A stretch of 64,000 bases of DNA from an uncultured Acidobacteriota bacterium (GTDB lineage Bacteria; Acidobacteriota; Vicinamibacteria; Vicinamibacterales; UBA2999), in contig CAVRUW010000018.1 of NCBI GenBank assembly GCA_963724485.1, positions 66,215 through 130,214 of the forward strand, written 5' to 3'. Position numbers and translations under genes: made by a program. The notes under the pieces were generated by a model. That model saw only the letters and a program-made list of their open reading frames with translations. It was not told where the DNA came from and ran no database searches. Below are positions 40,628 to 49,077 of the stretch, piece after piece (the stretch's first letter is position 1; the number at the start of each line of letters is the position of its first letter).

Positions 40628-40726
40628 TCAAATGCGTGCCACGCGAACGACGCACATACGAGCGCCAGAGCAAAAGACTGTTCCGGCGCCGAAGGCCGCG
40701 ACAAATAGCAGAGAGTGGTGCTTCAT
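40628..40726 (-). CDS. Hypothetical 32-aa ORF ending 13 nt upstream of the P450 start
   Basis: MKHHSLLFVAAFGAGTVFCSGARMCVVRVARI. No clear Shine-Dalgarno sequence and no recognisable family. Listed only because of its tight spacing to the P450 gene. Confidence 0.15.
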   Translation of the reverse strand: MKHHSLLFVAAFGAGTVFCSGARMCVVRVARI

Positions 40727-41876
40727 CAGACGCCGAACCACTTTGCCGCGATCTCTGTGAGGCCTGCCGGCTGACGCCGGCTCGCCCAGGGTCTTAAACC
40801 CGAGACTTCGCACTATCCGTGGAGCGGATTTTGGGGGCAGGAGCTACTTCACAGTTCTAGTGAGCTCGACTTTCCAGCCAGGTTTTTAAAGGCCATCAGC
40901 GTGTGTCGTGCTCCCAGGACAGTGGCTAGATCGACCGCAATCCCGCGATGGCGGTGAAAAGCTCGGAGGTCGAGCCGAATCCAACTCTGCCGTTCAGCGA
41001 CGACGAAGTCGAGCGCGTTCTCGTCGCAGCGCGCACGCTCGAACATCACGTTCTGCGACGACCTAATTTGGCTCTTCCGAAGACTCTTATTCGTTCGTTG
41101 AGGGCCTACTCAAGACCCGGGTATGTCAGCGTCAAGTGTGGCCGATCGTATTTCGCACAACCGGATGCTGAAGTCGGCGTATTAGCCTTTGGCTCAGCCC
41201 ATCCACGTGACCTACCACTGGTCGCGGAGTAGGAACCTACTTGTTGCACGCCGCGACTCTCGATCTCTCAAACCGGTCATGCTGCTGACAACGCAAACGA
41301 CTGACGATTTCAGCTCGGCCGATCTGTGCGGACGTGTTGAGAGTTGTCCTACCAAGCTCCCGCTCGCCGATCTAGTTTTTGACCGCAGCCAGTACGCGGA
41401 TCTGTTCGAGCTCAACGACAATGAGTTGGAGCTGCTAACCGCGCTCGTTCGCCGGCAACAGCTCTTGCTCAGGATCCTCATCGCACAGTTCTCGGTCGAT
41501 CTCCATCCGCTATCCTACTGGCTGGACACCAATACACCGCCGACACCAGCGTGTCCAAGCGGCGCTGAACTACGACTCAAGGCCGCCTCGATCACTTGGT
41601 CGCGTTCAACGAAAGGGATTCTTGAGGTTGTCCCTGCCTCGGATTCCGCTGCAAACCGGCACCCTGCTACTGATGATTGCGGGATCACTTCGCAGTGATT
41701 TTAGCCCTTCAAGGTGTTCCGCATTCCACAGGCTCGTAGTGCTGCCGGAGGGAGAAGGCACTGGAGCGGCGCTTGTACCCGATGCACGGACGCAGGTCGG
41801 TCAACTTTGCCACTTCGCTCACCGGAATTGATAGTTTTTCTCACTCTATTGACCGCCCGCGTCGCCAAGTAGTCCG

Positions 41877-42638
41877 TTACAACGGTCTCCCGAGCACCTG
41901 GACGACGCGCCCGCGGTAGGTGCGACTGAGGATGAGCGATGTGCCGTCGCGAAGGATGACGCTGTAGTCGCCCGACGGCAGCGGCTTGAGCTCGTGGACT
42001 CGATCGATCCGCACGATGGTAGATCGGTGGATACGGACGAACTGATCCGGGTCGAGTTCGTCGAGTAACCCGTCCATCGTCTCCCGCAACAAGTGCTCGC
42101 GACCGCCAGCCATCAAGCGGATGTAGTTGCCCGCCGCAATGATGCAGTCGATCTCCTGCACATCAATGACGCGAATGCGACCGCCGATGCGAGCCGGGAT
42201 CCGTGTGAGATATCGCGACCTGACGGACAGGCGCTCCACGAGTGCGGCCAGGCGGGCGGGGAGCTCAGGATCGCTCCCGATGCGCCGCGCCCGCACCCGC
42301 GCGACCGTATCGGCGAACCGTTCCGGAGTAAATGGCTTGAGCAAGTAGTCGAGCGCGTGCACCTCGAACGCGCGCAATGCGTACTCGTCATACGCGGTGA
42401 CAAAGACAATCGTCGGTGGATGATTGCCGAGCTCGGCGACGACGCCGAAGCCATCGAGCTCGGGCATCTGCACATCGAGAAACACGACGTCCGGTGACTG
42501 CTCGCGAATGACCTGGACCGCCGTGCGGCCGTCGGCTGCTTCCGCTACAACTGTGACGTCGGGCTCACGTTGCAGGAGCCGCCTGATACGACGACGCGCC
42601 ACCGCCTCGTCGTCTACGATCACTGCACGCAGCATCAT
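41877..42638 (-). CDS. LytTR-family response regulator
   Basis: REC domain (VIVDDE...VFLDVQMPELDG...YLLKP) plus a C-terminal LytTR DNA-binding domain (...FVRIHRSTIVRIDRV). Confidence 0.9.
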   Translation of the reverse strand: MMLRAVIVDDEAVARRRIRRLLQREPDVTVVAEAADGRTAVQVIREQSPDVVFLDVQMPELDGFGVVAELGNHPPTIVFVTAYDEYALRAFEVHALDYLLKPFTPERFADTVARVRARRIGSDPELPARLAALVERLSVRSRYLTRIPARIGGRIRVIDVQEIDCIIAAGNYIRLMAGGREHLLRETMDGLLDELDPDQFVRIHRSTIVRIDRVHELKPLPSGDYSVILRDGTSLILSRTYRGRVVQVLGRPL

Positions 42639-43693
42639 GTGCGATCACCCGACGCGGGAATGATCATTCGCACCATGAGGCCAGGAGACTGGCGCTCCAC
42701 TTCAAGCGAGGCCCGACTACCATACAGTTCCTGGAGCCGTGCGCGGGTGTTGCCGAGCCCGACACCCTCGCGCAGGTCCTCGAGAGGCGCAATGCCGGCG
42801 CCGTTGTCCGATACCTCGACACGCAGGTGATCATCGCTGCGGGATGCCACGATCGCAATACGGCCCGCGGCCGCTCGTGGTCCAAGACCATGCGTGATGG
42901 CATTTTCGACGAGCGGCTGCAGGATCAGGCTTGGAACCAGGCATCCGCGTGCACGGGGTTCGACGTCGACCTGCACGGTGAGTCGTTCGCCGAAGCGGGC
43001 GGTCTGAATGTCCAGATAGCGACCCACGAGCTCCAACTCGCGGTCGAGCGGCACCTGCCGGACGCTGCCCACATCCAGCGCCTCGCGTAGAAGCGCGCTC
43101 AGCGCTCCAATCATCCGATCGGCCGCCTCGGGATCCTCGTGCACGAGCTCGGAGATCGCGTGCAGCGTGTTGAACAGAAAGTGCGGCTGCAGCTGCATTT
43201 GCAGCAGCTGCAGTCGCGCTTCGGCGAGTCGAGCTTCGAGCTGCGACGCTTGGACCTCGCCCTCGCGGCTCCTCGTGTAATACGTCAGGCCGTGCGCCCC
43301 GGCGACGATGATCCAGTAGATGACGAAGTGCGGAGCGAGGCTGCTGATGAGAAAATAGCTCACCGGAAAGCCAAAGAGCGAACGGCGGATCCACCGATCG
43401 ACCGCCACCTTCCCGATCGCAATCGCTACGGCGATCACAATGTGCAACGGCAAGTGGGGACGCCAGCGGCCCGTGGTCAAGGGAAATCGCCGCGCCAGCC
43501 ACAGTAATGGAAACGTCAGGGCCGCCCACACCATCCAGTCGGCCAGCGCCATGCGGATCGTCAGTCCCCACAGCGCAGGACGACCGGTCGCCAGATAGGT
43601 GAGCGAGTTGGTGGCGGCGAAGAGAAGCGCGAGCGCTGCCCAGCCGGCGATCACCGCGACCGCCACGGCGGCCACCCTGGCGCGACTCGTCAC
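42635..43693 (-). CDS. Sensor histidine kinase, LytS/YehU type (His_kinase + HATPase_c)
   Basis: Five to six N-terminal TM helices, LQMQLQPHFLFNTLHAISELV (PF06580-type H-box), and N/G boxes (ENAITHG, DNGAG). 4-nt overlaps with both neighbouring genes. Confidence 0.85.
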   Translation of the reverse strand: MTSRARVAAVAVAVIAGWAALALLFAATNSLTYLATGRPALWGLTIRMALADWMVWAALTFPLLWLARRFPLTTGRWRPHLPLHIVIAVAIAIGKVAVDRWIRRSLFGFPVSYFLISSLAPHFVIYWIIVAGAHGLTYYTRSREGEVQASQLEARLAEARLQLLQMQLQPHFLFNTLHAISELVHEDPEAADRMIGALSALLREALDVGSVRQVPLDRELELVGRYLDIQTARFGERLTVQVDVEPRARGCLVPSLILQPLVENAITHGLGPRAAAGRIAIVASRSDDHLRVEVSDNGAGIAPLEDLREGVGLGNTRARLQELYGSRASLEVERQSPGLMVRMIIPASGDRT

Positions 43694-44430
43694 TGCTTGC
43701 CTTCGAGCGCGTCGAGTGCACGCCGAGCCGCGACGTTCTTGGGCTCCTTTTGCAGCACCATGCGATACCGCGCGATCGCTTTATCCTTCTCGCCGCGCTG
43801 GCGGTGGAGCTCGGCGAGGCCCATGTCGATGGCCGCGGACTTCGGATAGTACTCCCCATTCAGCTCGAGCATGGCAATCGCGGCGTCAGTCTTGCCTTCT
43901 TCGCTGAGTGACCGCGCGAGTTCGTTCATCGACCACTCGCCGAAGTCGAAGCGCCCGCTGGCCATGCCGTCCCGCAACTCTTTGTAGCGATTAACCGCGG
44001 CCGGAATGCCGTTGGCGCCGACCACCCGCGTCAACTCGGCCGCCAGCGTCGTCGGCACGACCGATCCGCGATGGCAATGCACGCAGTCCATCTTCACCGG
44101 CGGAGTGCGTCGTTCCGGCGATGCCGCTAGCGTGGTCTGGTTGAGGGTATCGACCATCCGCAGCATGAACCGGGCGGTACGTTTGGCCGGCTTGTCGTCA
44201 GACGCAAAGTTCACTCCCTCGAACGAGATACCGTCGCCACCCGCGTGGCAATACTGGCACCGGACGTTCAGCGCGAAGGAGAATTCTCGCATGCGCTGCG
44301 TGAGCCGTTCGCGAGTGATGTCTTTGGGAAAGTACTGAAGGTTTTCGAGCGGCGCCGGTGTTTGCGCAGACGCCGCCGCCACAAATACGTAAACAAACAT
44401 CGCGATCGCCAGCCTTCGGATGTGCGCCAT
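43690..44430 (-). CDS. Periplasmic dihaem c-type cytochrome (photosynthetic-reaction-centre cytochrome c subunit family) fused to TPR repeats
   Basis: Signal MAHIRRLAIAMFVYVFVAAASAQ. Two CxxCH motifs (CQYCH, CVHCHRG..VP). The context RFMLRMVDTLN...CVHCHRG is typical of the PRC cytochrome family. TPR-like C-terminus (AIAMLELNGEYYPKSAAIDMGLAELHRQRGEKDKAIARY). Confidence 0.75.
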   Translation of the reverse strand: MAHIRRLAIAMFVYVFVAAASAQTPAPLENLQYFPKDITRERLTQRMREFSFALNVRCQYCHAGGDGISFEGVNFASDDKPAKRTARFMLRMVDTLNQTTLAASPERRTPPVKMDCVHCHRGSVVPTTLAAELTRVVGANGIPAAVNRYKELRDGMASGRFDFGEWSMNELARSLSEEGKTDAAIAMLELNGEYYPKSAAIDMGLAELHRQRGEKDKAIARYRMVLQKEPKNVAARRALDALEGKQ

Positions 44431-44529
44431 TGGAGCCTCCGGCCGCGACTATGACCGCTGGGCTGTGTGACCGCCTACGTCGAAGGGATGAAGCGTGGCC
44501 CGCTGGGGCGAGACGTGTGAGGTCGTGCC

Positions 44530-44597
44530 TTTGACTTACCGCCAACCTGATCGATGATCCCTCCGTCTAAGTCTACATAGGTAGTCTTCGACGGAGG
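44530..44597 (+). promoter_or_regulatory. padR upstream region: TTGACT box and a nested palindrome (CCTCCGTC-N22-GACGGAGG) overlapping the RBS
   Basis: TTGACT at 44530-44535. An 8-bp perfect inverted repeat at 44560-44567 and 44590-44597, with an inner GTCTAC/GTAGTC half-sites pair. It ends 3 nt before the ATG at 44601. Confidence 0.35.
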
Positions 44598-44600
44598 ACC

Positions 44601-44909
44601 ATGCGACTGACCTACCCGACCACGCTCGTCCTGCAGGCGCTCCTGCACGGCCATCATCACGGCTTCGACATCATGGACGCCACCGGGCTGCCCAGCGGGA
44701 CGGTCTACCCGATCCTCCGCCGCCTCGATGTCGAAGGGCACGTGCGGTCGCGATGGGAAAAAGAAGGGGTTGCGCGTCGCGAACAGCGGCCCCCTCGCCG
44801 CTACTACGAGCTCACTGCCGTCGGACGGCAAACCGCCATCGAAGCCGCGGCACGATACCGGGCGCTGCAGGACATCGCGTCCATGAGCGCGGCGAAATCG
44901 GAGAGATAA
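44601..44909 (+). CDS. PadR family transcriptional regulator
   Basis: 102 aa. LVLQALLHGHHHGFDIMDATGLPSGTVYPILRRLDVEGHVRSRWE is a typical PadR winged helix. Confidence 0.85.
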   Translation: MRLTYPTTLVLQALLHGHHHGFDIMDATGLPSGTVYPILRRLDVEGHVRSRWEKEGVARREQRPPRRYYELTAVGRQTAIEAAARYRALQDIASMSAAKSER

Positions 44910-44911
44910 CC

Positions 44912-47548
44912 ATGAGCCCTGACCGTCATCACGCGCTGGCTCGTCTCATCATCCGCGCGGCCGCCGTGCTGGTCCCCGGCGGACTGCGAGACGACTGGAC
45001 ACACGAATGGAACGCTGAGCTGGCGGCACTGGGTGACACGGCGGTGCGTTACCGGCGTCCGGTTCGCAGGGCGCTCGGCGCGTTTGCCGATGCGTTCTGG
45101 TTGCGCCAGCAGAGCATTGCCGACTTCGACTGGATAGACGATGTCCGTCACGGCTTGCGACAGCTCGCGCAACATGCGGGCTTCGCCGCGACAGCCATCG
45201 GCATCCTCGCACTGGGCCTCGCGGCAACGGTGACCATGTTCAGCGTCACCGATCAGATCCTGCTCCGTCCCCTCCCCTATTCGGACTCGGATCGCATTGT
45301 CACCCTCTGGGAAACCCGGGCGCCGGACCAGGAGCCGCTCGAAGTTGCACCGGGTAATCTCCTGGATTGGCGGCAGCGAGCACAATCCTTCGAGCACCTC
45401 TCGGGCGTCGATCCGTGGTCGCTGGACATCGCCGGCAATCCCCGGCCAGAGGTGTGGTTTTCTGCGAAGGTCACCGAAGGCTTCTTCGAGAGCTTCGGCG
45501 TCAAGCCGCTCCTTGGCCGTTTCTTCAACGCCGAGGAGTTCCAGAAGGGGCGCGATCAGGTGCTGGTGCTCGGTGAGGCGTTCTGGCGGCAGCGCTTCGG
45601 CGCCGATCCCTCGGTCATCGGCCGGACCGTCCGCGCCGAAGATCAGACGCTGACGATCATTGGCGTCGTCCCCAGCGAGTTCGAGCCTCGGCTGCTCCCG
45701 ACTGGCACCGGTTACCGAAACGTCTGGCAGCCCAAGGCCATCGAGCAGTGGGAGCCGAACATCCGTGGCAGCGGCTACTGGTCCGTCGTCGGCCGATTGA
45801 AGCCCGGCGTTCCCATCGAAACGGCTCAGGCCGAGATGCAGCGGATCTCGCAACAACTCGCCACCGAATATCCGCGTAGCAACGCCAGGACGGGTGCGAC
45901 CGTGCTGCCCCTTCGCGATCATCTCGTGGGCAACGTGTCGCTCGCCGTTACTTTGCTCGCGGCGGCTGTCGGAGTCGTGCTTCTCATTGCGTGCGTGAAC
46001 GTCGCCAACTTGCTGCTCGCGAGGGGCTCGGCGCGAGAGCGGGAAATCGCCGTGCGCATCGCGCTTGGCGCGCGACGCGGACGCGTGATCCAACAGCTGT
46101 TGCTGGAGAGCCTGGTCATCGCGATGCTTGGCGCCCTGGCTGGATCGCTTGCGGCATTCTGGACGCTCAAAGCGATTTCATGGCTCGGTCCCCCGACCGT
46201 GCCGTGGATTGAAACGCTGCAACTCGATTGGCGCGCGCTCGTCTTTGCCGGTGTCATGGCCGTCACCGTGGCAATTCTGTCTGGACTGCTGCCGGCAATC
46301 CGGGTCGCGCGAACCGGTCTGGCCAACGCCGGGCGCGGCACGACAACCGCGGATCGTTCTCAGCATCGCCTGCGAGCCGGCTTGGTGGTCGCCGAGGTGG
46401 CGTTGGCCCTGATACTCGTGACTGGCGCCGGGCTCCTGATTCGCAGTTTCGTCGGCTTGATGGGTGTCGATCCCGGCTTTCAGCGCGAACGCGTGCTGGT
46501 AACGCAGGTCTTCGCCTGGGACTACAACCCCACGCCGGCTCAACTGCGGACTTTCTTCGACAACGCGATCGCCCGCCTGGCGTCTCTGCCCGCGGTTCAG
46601 CATGTCGGCGCGGTTTCCGCCATGCCCTTCATCGAGTCGAACATCAACATTCAGAACGTGATCACGATCGTGGGGCGGCAAGAACCCACGGAAGGCGAAG
46701 CGCCGCGAGCGTACCTGTCCGTCGCAACGCCGGGATTCTTCGACGCGATGCGGATCCCGCTAAAAGCTGGCCGTGCGCTCGACTCCCGAGATGGATCGGA
46801 GAACAAGAGGGTGGCCGTGATCACAGAAGCGCTGGCGCACCGTTACTGGGCATCCCTGGAAGATCCGATCGGCGATAAGCTGCGCTTTCGCTTCTCGGGC
46901 GCGCCAACCGAGGTGGAGATCGTTGGCGTAGTCGGCGCACTACGCCACGACAGCCTCGATCGTGACGCGCGAGACGAGCTGTTCATGCCTCTCGCGCAGA
47001 TGCCGTTCGGTTCGATGACATTCGTGGTGCAGAGCGCCGGCGACGCGACGAGCTTGATCGAGCCAGCCCGCGCGGCCATCTGGGCGGTCAACCCGGCGCA
47101 GACCATTTATCGAACCGCGACGCTCGACGAGCTCGTGCAAAAGACCGTCTCGCCGCGGCGGTTCGCTCTCGCCGTCGTCATCGGCTTCGCAGTCGTCGCT
47201 CTGCTGCTCGCCATCGCTGGCGTCTACGGCGTGTTGAGCGCAATCATGACCTCGCGGCTGCGCGAAGTGGGGTTGCGCATGGCGTTGGGCGCGAGCCGCT
47301 GGGACATCGTGCGGCTGGTCCTCACCCGCGGCCTCCTGATGGCGGGCGGTGGGTTGCTCGTAGGGTTGATAGGCTCGATCGGCAGCGCGCAACTGTTGCG
47401 GCGGTTCTTGTTTCAGATCGCTCCAGCCGATCCGTTGGCGCTCATCGGATCCGCGGTGTTGATGACACTCGCCGCGTTGGCGGCCTGTTATTTCCCTGCA
47501 CGTCGCGTCGTGGCCTCTGATCCGGTCACCGTGTTGCGGACTGAATAG
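44912..47548 (+). CDS. ADOP-family duplicated FtsX/MacB-type permease
   Basis: 878 aa. N-terminal RDDWTHEWNAELAAL motif, two MacB_PCD+FtsX modules and a C-terminal ...YFPARRVVASDPVTVLRTE. The PadR-permease pairing is typical. Confidence 0.9.
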   Translation: MSPDRHHALARLIIRAAAVLVPGGLRDDWTHEWNAELAALGDTAVRYRRPVRRALGAFADAFWLRQQSIADFDWIDDVRHGLRQLAQHAGFAATAIGILALGLAATVTMFSVTDQILLRPLPYSDSDRIVTLWETRAPDQEPLEVAPGNLLDWRQRAQSFEHLSGVDPWSLDIAGNPRPEVWFSAKVTEGFFESFGVKPLLGRFFNAEEFQKGRDQVLVLGEAFWRQRFGADPSVIGRTVRAEDQTLTIIGVVPSEFEPRLLPTGTGYRNVWQPKAIEQWEPNIRGSGYWSVVGRLKPGVPIETAQAEMQRISQQLATEYPRSNARTGATVLPLRDHLVGNVSLAVTLLAAAVGVVLLIACVNVANLLLARGSAREREIAVRIALGARRGRVIQQLLLESLVIAMLGALAGSLAAFWTLKAISWLGPPTVPWIETLQLDWRALVFAGVMAVTVAILSGLLPAIRVARTGLANAGRGTTTADRSQHRLRAGLVVAEVALALILVTGAGLLIRSFVGLMGVDPGFQRERVLVTQVFAWDYNPTPAQLRTFFDNAIARLASLPAVQHVGAVSAMPFIESNINIQNVITIVGRQEPTEGEAPRAYLSVATPGFFDAMRIPLKAGRALDSRDGSENKRVAVITEALAHRYWASLEDPIGDKLRFRFSGAPTEVEIVGVVGALRHDSLDRDARDELFMPLAQMPFGSMTFVVQSAGDATSLIEPARAAIWAVNPAQTIYRTATLDELVQKTVSPRRFALAVVIGFAVVALLLAIAGVYGVLSAIMTSRLREVGLRMALGASRWDIVRLVLTRGLLMAGGGLLVGLIGSIGSAQLLRRFLFQIAPADPLALIGSAVLMTLAALAACYFPARRVVASDPVTVLRTE

Positions 47549-47705
47549 GACTGACGTGCATCGACGTCGCCGAAACGAAGACTGGAGAGCCGCGAACTAG
47601 GCTCAAGAGAGACCGGCGATCTCGATTAGCGCACTTCTTCGCTCCAAACCAAACCGACTCTAACGAGCAGCCGTCTAAACCTCAACCCTGACCGAAGGAG
47701 GCGGC

Positions 47706-48293
47706 ATGCGTGCAAAGGCATTGGTCGCTCTGTTGGCTCTCAATCTGGTTGTGGCTGGTGTCATTGCAATCGGTGCCGATGATCCGATTGCTTCCCTCAA
47801 CCGATCCATTCAAGACCGCTTCAAGGATGTCGACAAGAATTTCGGCCTTCGGCGCATCGTCGTCCTTGGCGACACGCCGCATCAATTCAGGCCCGAGAGC
47901 GTGCCCGAATTCTCGGCGGTCAAGGAACTGAAAGACGCCGGACTCGAGGTCGCGCTCTATGTCGCGGGGCGAAGAGTGCTCGACCGTGAACCGCACCTGA
48001 CGACGAAAGAGCCGACACAACTCGATCGACGTGTCATCTTCGGGCCAATCGCGGTCACTGACCCGCAGGCCCTGCCGAGTCTGCCTGCTGCCGTTGATCT
48101 CATCGACGAAAGCCGAACCGCGTTCTACACGCTGACCAGGCGAGAGCGACACGACTTCGATATCGGGGATGTGAGCTTCACGGCTCGCGCCGTGCGCGCC
48201 ACGACCGAACAGTGCCTCACATGTCACCGCGGCCGAGCGGTTGGCGACCCGCTCGGCGTGGTCCTCTACGCTTATCGACAGAGCGCCCGTTAG
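47706..48293 (+). CDS. Secreted protein with a C-terminal CxxCH motif (DUF3365/Tll0287-like, tentative)
   Basis: Signal/TM MRAKALVALLALNLVVAGVIAIGA, and TEQCLTCHRGRAVGDPLGVVLYAY near the C-terminus. Confidence 0.5.
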   Translation: MRAKALVALLALNLVVAGVIAIGADDPIASLNRSIQDRFKDVDKNFGLRRIVVLGDTPHQFRPESVPEFSAVKELKDAGLEVALYVAGRRVLDREPHLTTKEPTQLDRRVIFGPIAVTDPQALPSLPAAVDLIDESRTAFYTLTRRERHDFDIGDVSFTARAVRATTEQCLTCHRGRAVGDPLGVVLYAYRQSAR

Positions 48294-48946
48294 CGAGCGA
48301 AACAGTAGACGCGTCCGGCGCCGCCTCCCGGTGCGGTGTTCGCACAAGTCTGGTTGAGGTGCGCCGCGTTCCAGGACGACAACGGGGGGGCAGTGTTCTG
48401 TTGGGGGCCCATCCCATCCGAATGACCAACTTGTGCCCTCAGCGTCGCCGAGTCCGACGTCCAGTCACCGCACGTCAAGCCGGCGGCCAGCGTTCCGTCC
48501 GCGTTCGATCCGGTGAGAATGTCGTGCTCGACCGGCGTCGGCGAACCGGTCCACTGCCCGTTGATGCGTCGACCACGTTCGTCGACAAAGAGATCGGCAT
48601 TGCCCGTACGCGAATGTAGTTCGGCTACGTTGTTCGCAACCAGCACGCCGTTCGCGTTATGCCAGGGCCCGGTGCCAATCCGGTCTCGCGCGTCGATCGC
48701 CTGATTCCTGTTTCCCGCATCGCGCTCGACGCTCAAGTAGGCTCGCCAGCTTCGATCGCCCTGGCCAGCCGCCGAAGCGAGCCGCTGACATGTGGCGTCA
48801 GCTCCTTCCAAACCTCCGAGATTCCCGGTCACGCTCGTCGCGCTCGAGACGAAGAAACTCAGTGACGAACCGGAGGGTCCGGTTGGCGTGTCGTCACCGC
48901 AACTCACGCCGAGGAGGATCACAATCGACAGCAGGTAGCGTTTCAT
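48290..48946 (-). CDS. Lipoprotein with a DUF1554 / endostatin-like (C-type-lectin-fold) domain
   Basis: Lipobox LLGVSCG. GNLGGLEGADATCQRLASAAGQGDRSWRAYLS, ...LTCGDWTSDS... and a C-terminal VYCFA parallel the endostatin/DUF1554 pattern. Confidence 0.55.
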   Translation of the reverse strand: MKRYLLSIVILLGVSCGDDTPTGPSGSSLSFFVSSATSVTGNLGGLEGADATCQRLASAAGQGDRSWRAYLSVERDAGNRNQAIDARDRIGTGPWHNANGVLVANNVAELHSRTGNADLFVDERGRRINGQWTGSPTPVEHDILTGSNADGTLAAGLTCGDWTSDSATLRAQVGHSDGMGPQQNTAPPLSSWNAAHLNQTCANTAPGGGAGRVYCFAR

Positions 48947-49077
48947 CGCTTTGCCTTTCTGGGCTGCATCGACGGCGATGGCGCGGCGCCGCGACTACCA
49001 AGGATTCGTGCGGCAGCGATTGTAGCGCTATGCAGGACGCAACCGGCTCGGCCGCGGGATCAACAACTCAGCAATTG

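Noticed and set aside
40948-41232. Integrase-like snippet (LPFSDDEVERVLVAARTL) suggesting a tyrosine recombinase remnant at the island border.
   Set aside because: Only about 20 residues of vague resemblance, bounded by stops. No R..H..R..Y catalytic motifs were found in any frame.
41189-41698. 169-aa ORF on the plus strand in the lower-GC spacer.
   Set aside because: No recognisable motifs, no RBS, odd composition, and it starts with a non-ATG codon. It cannot be supported as a gene from sequence alone.
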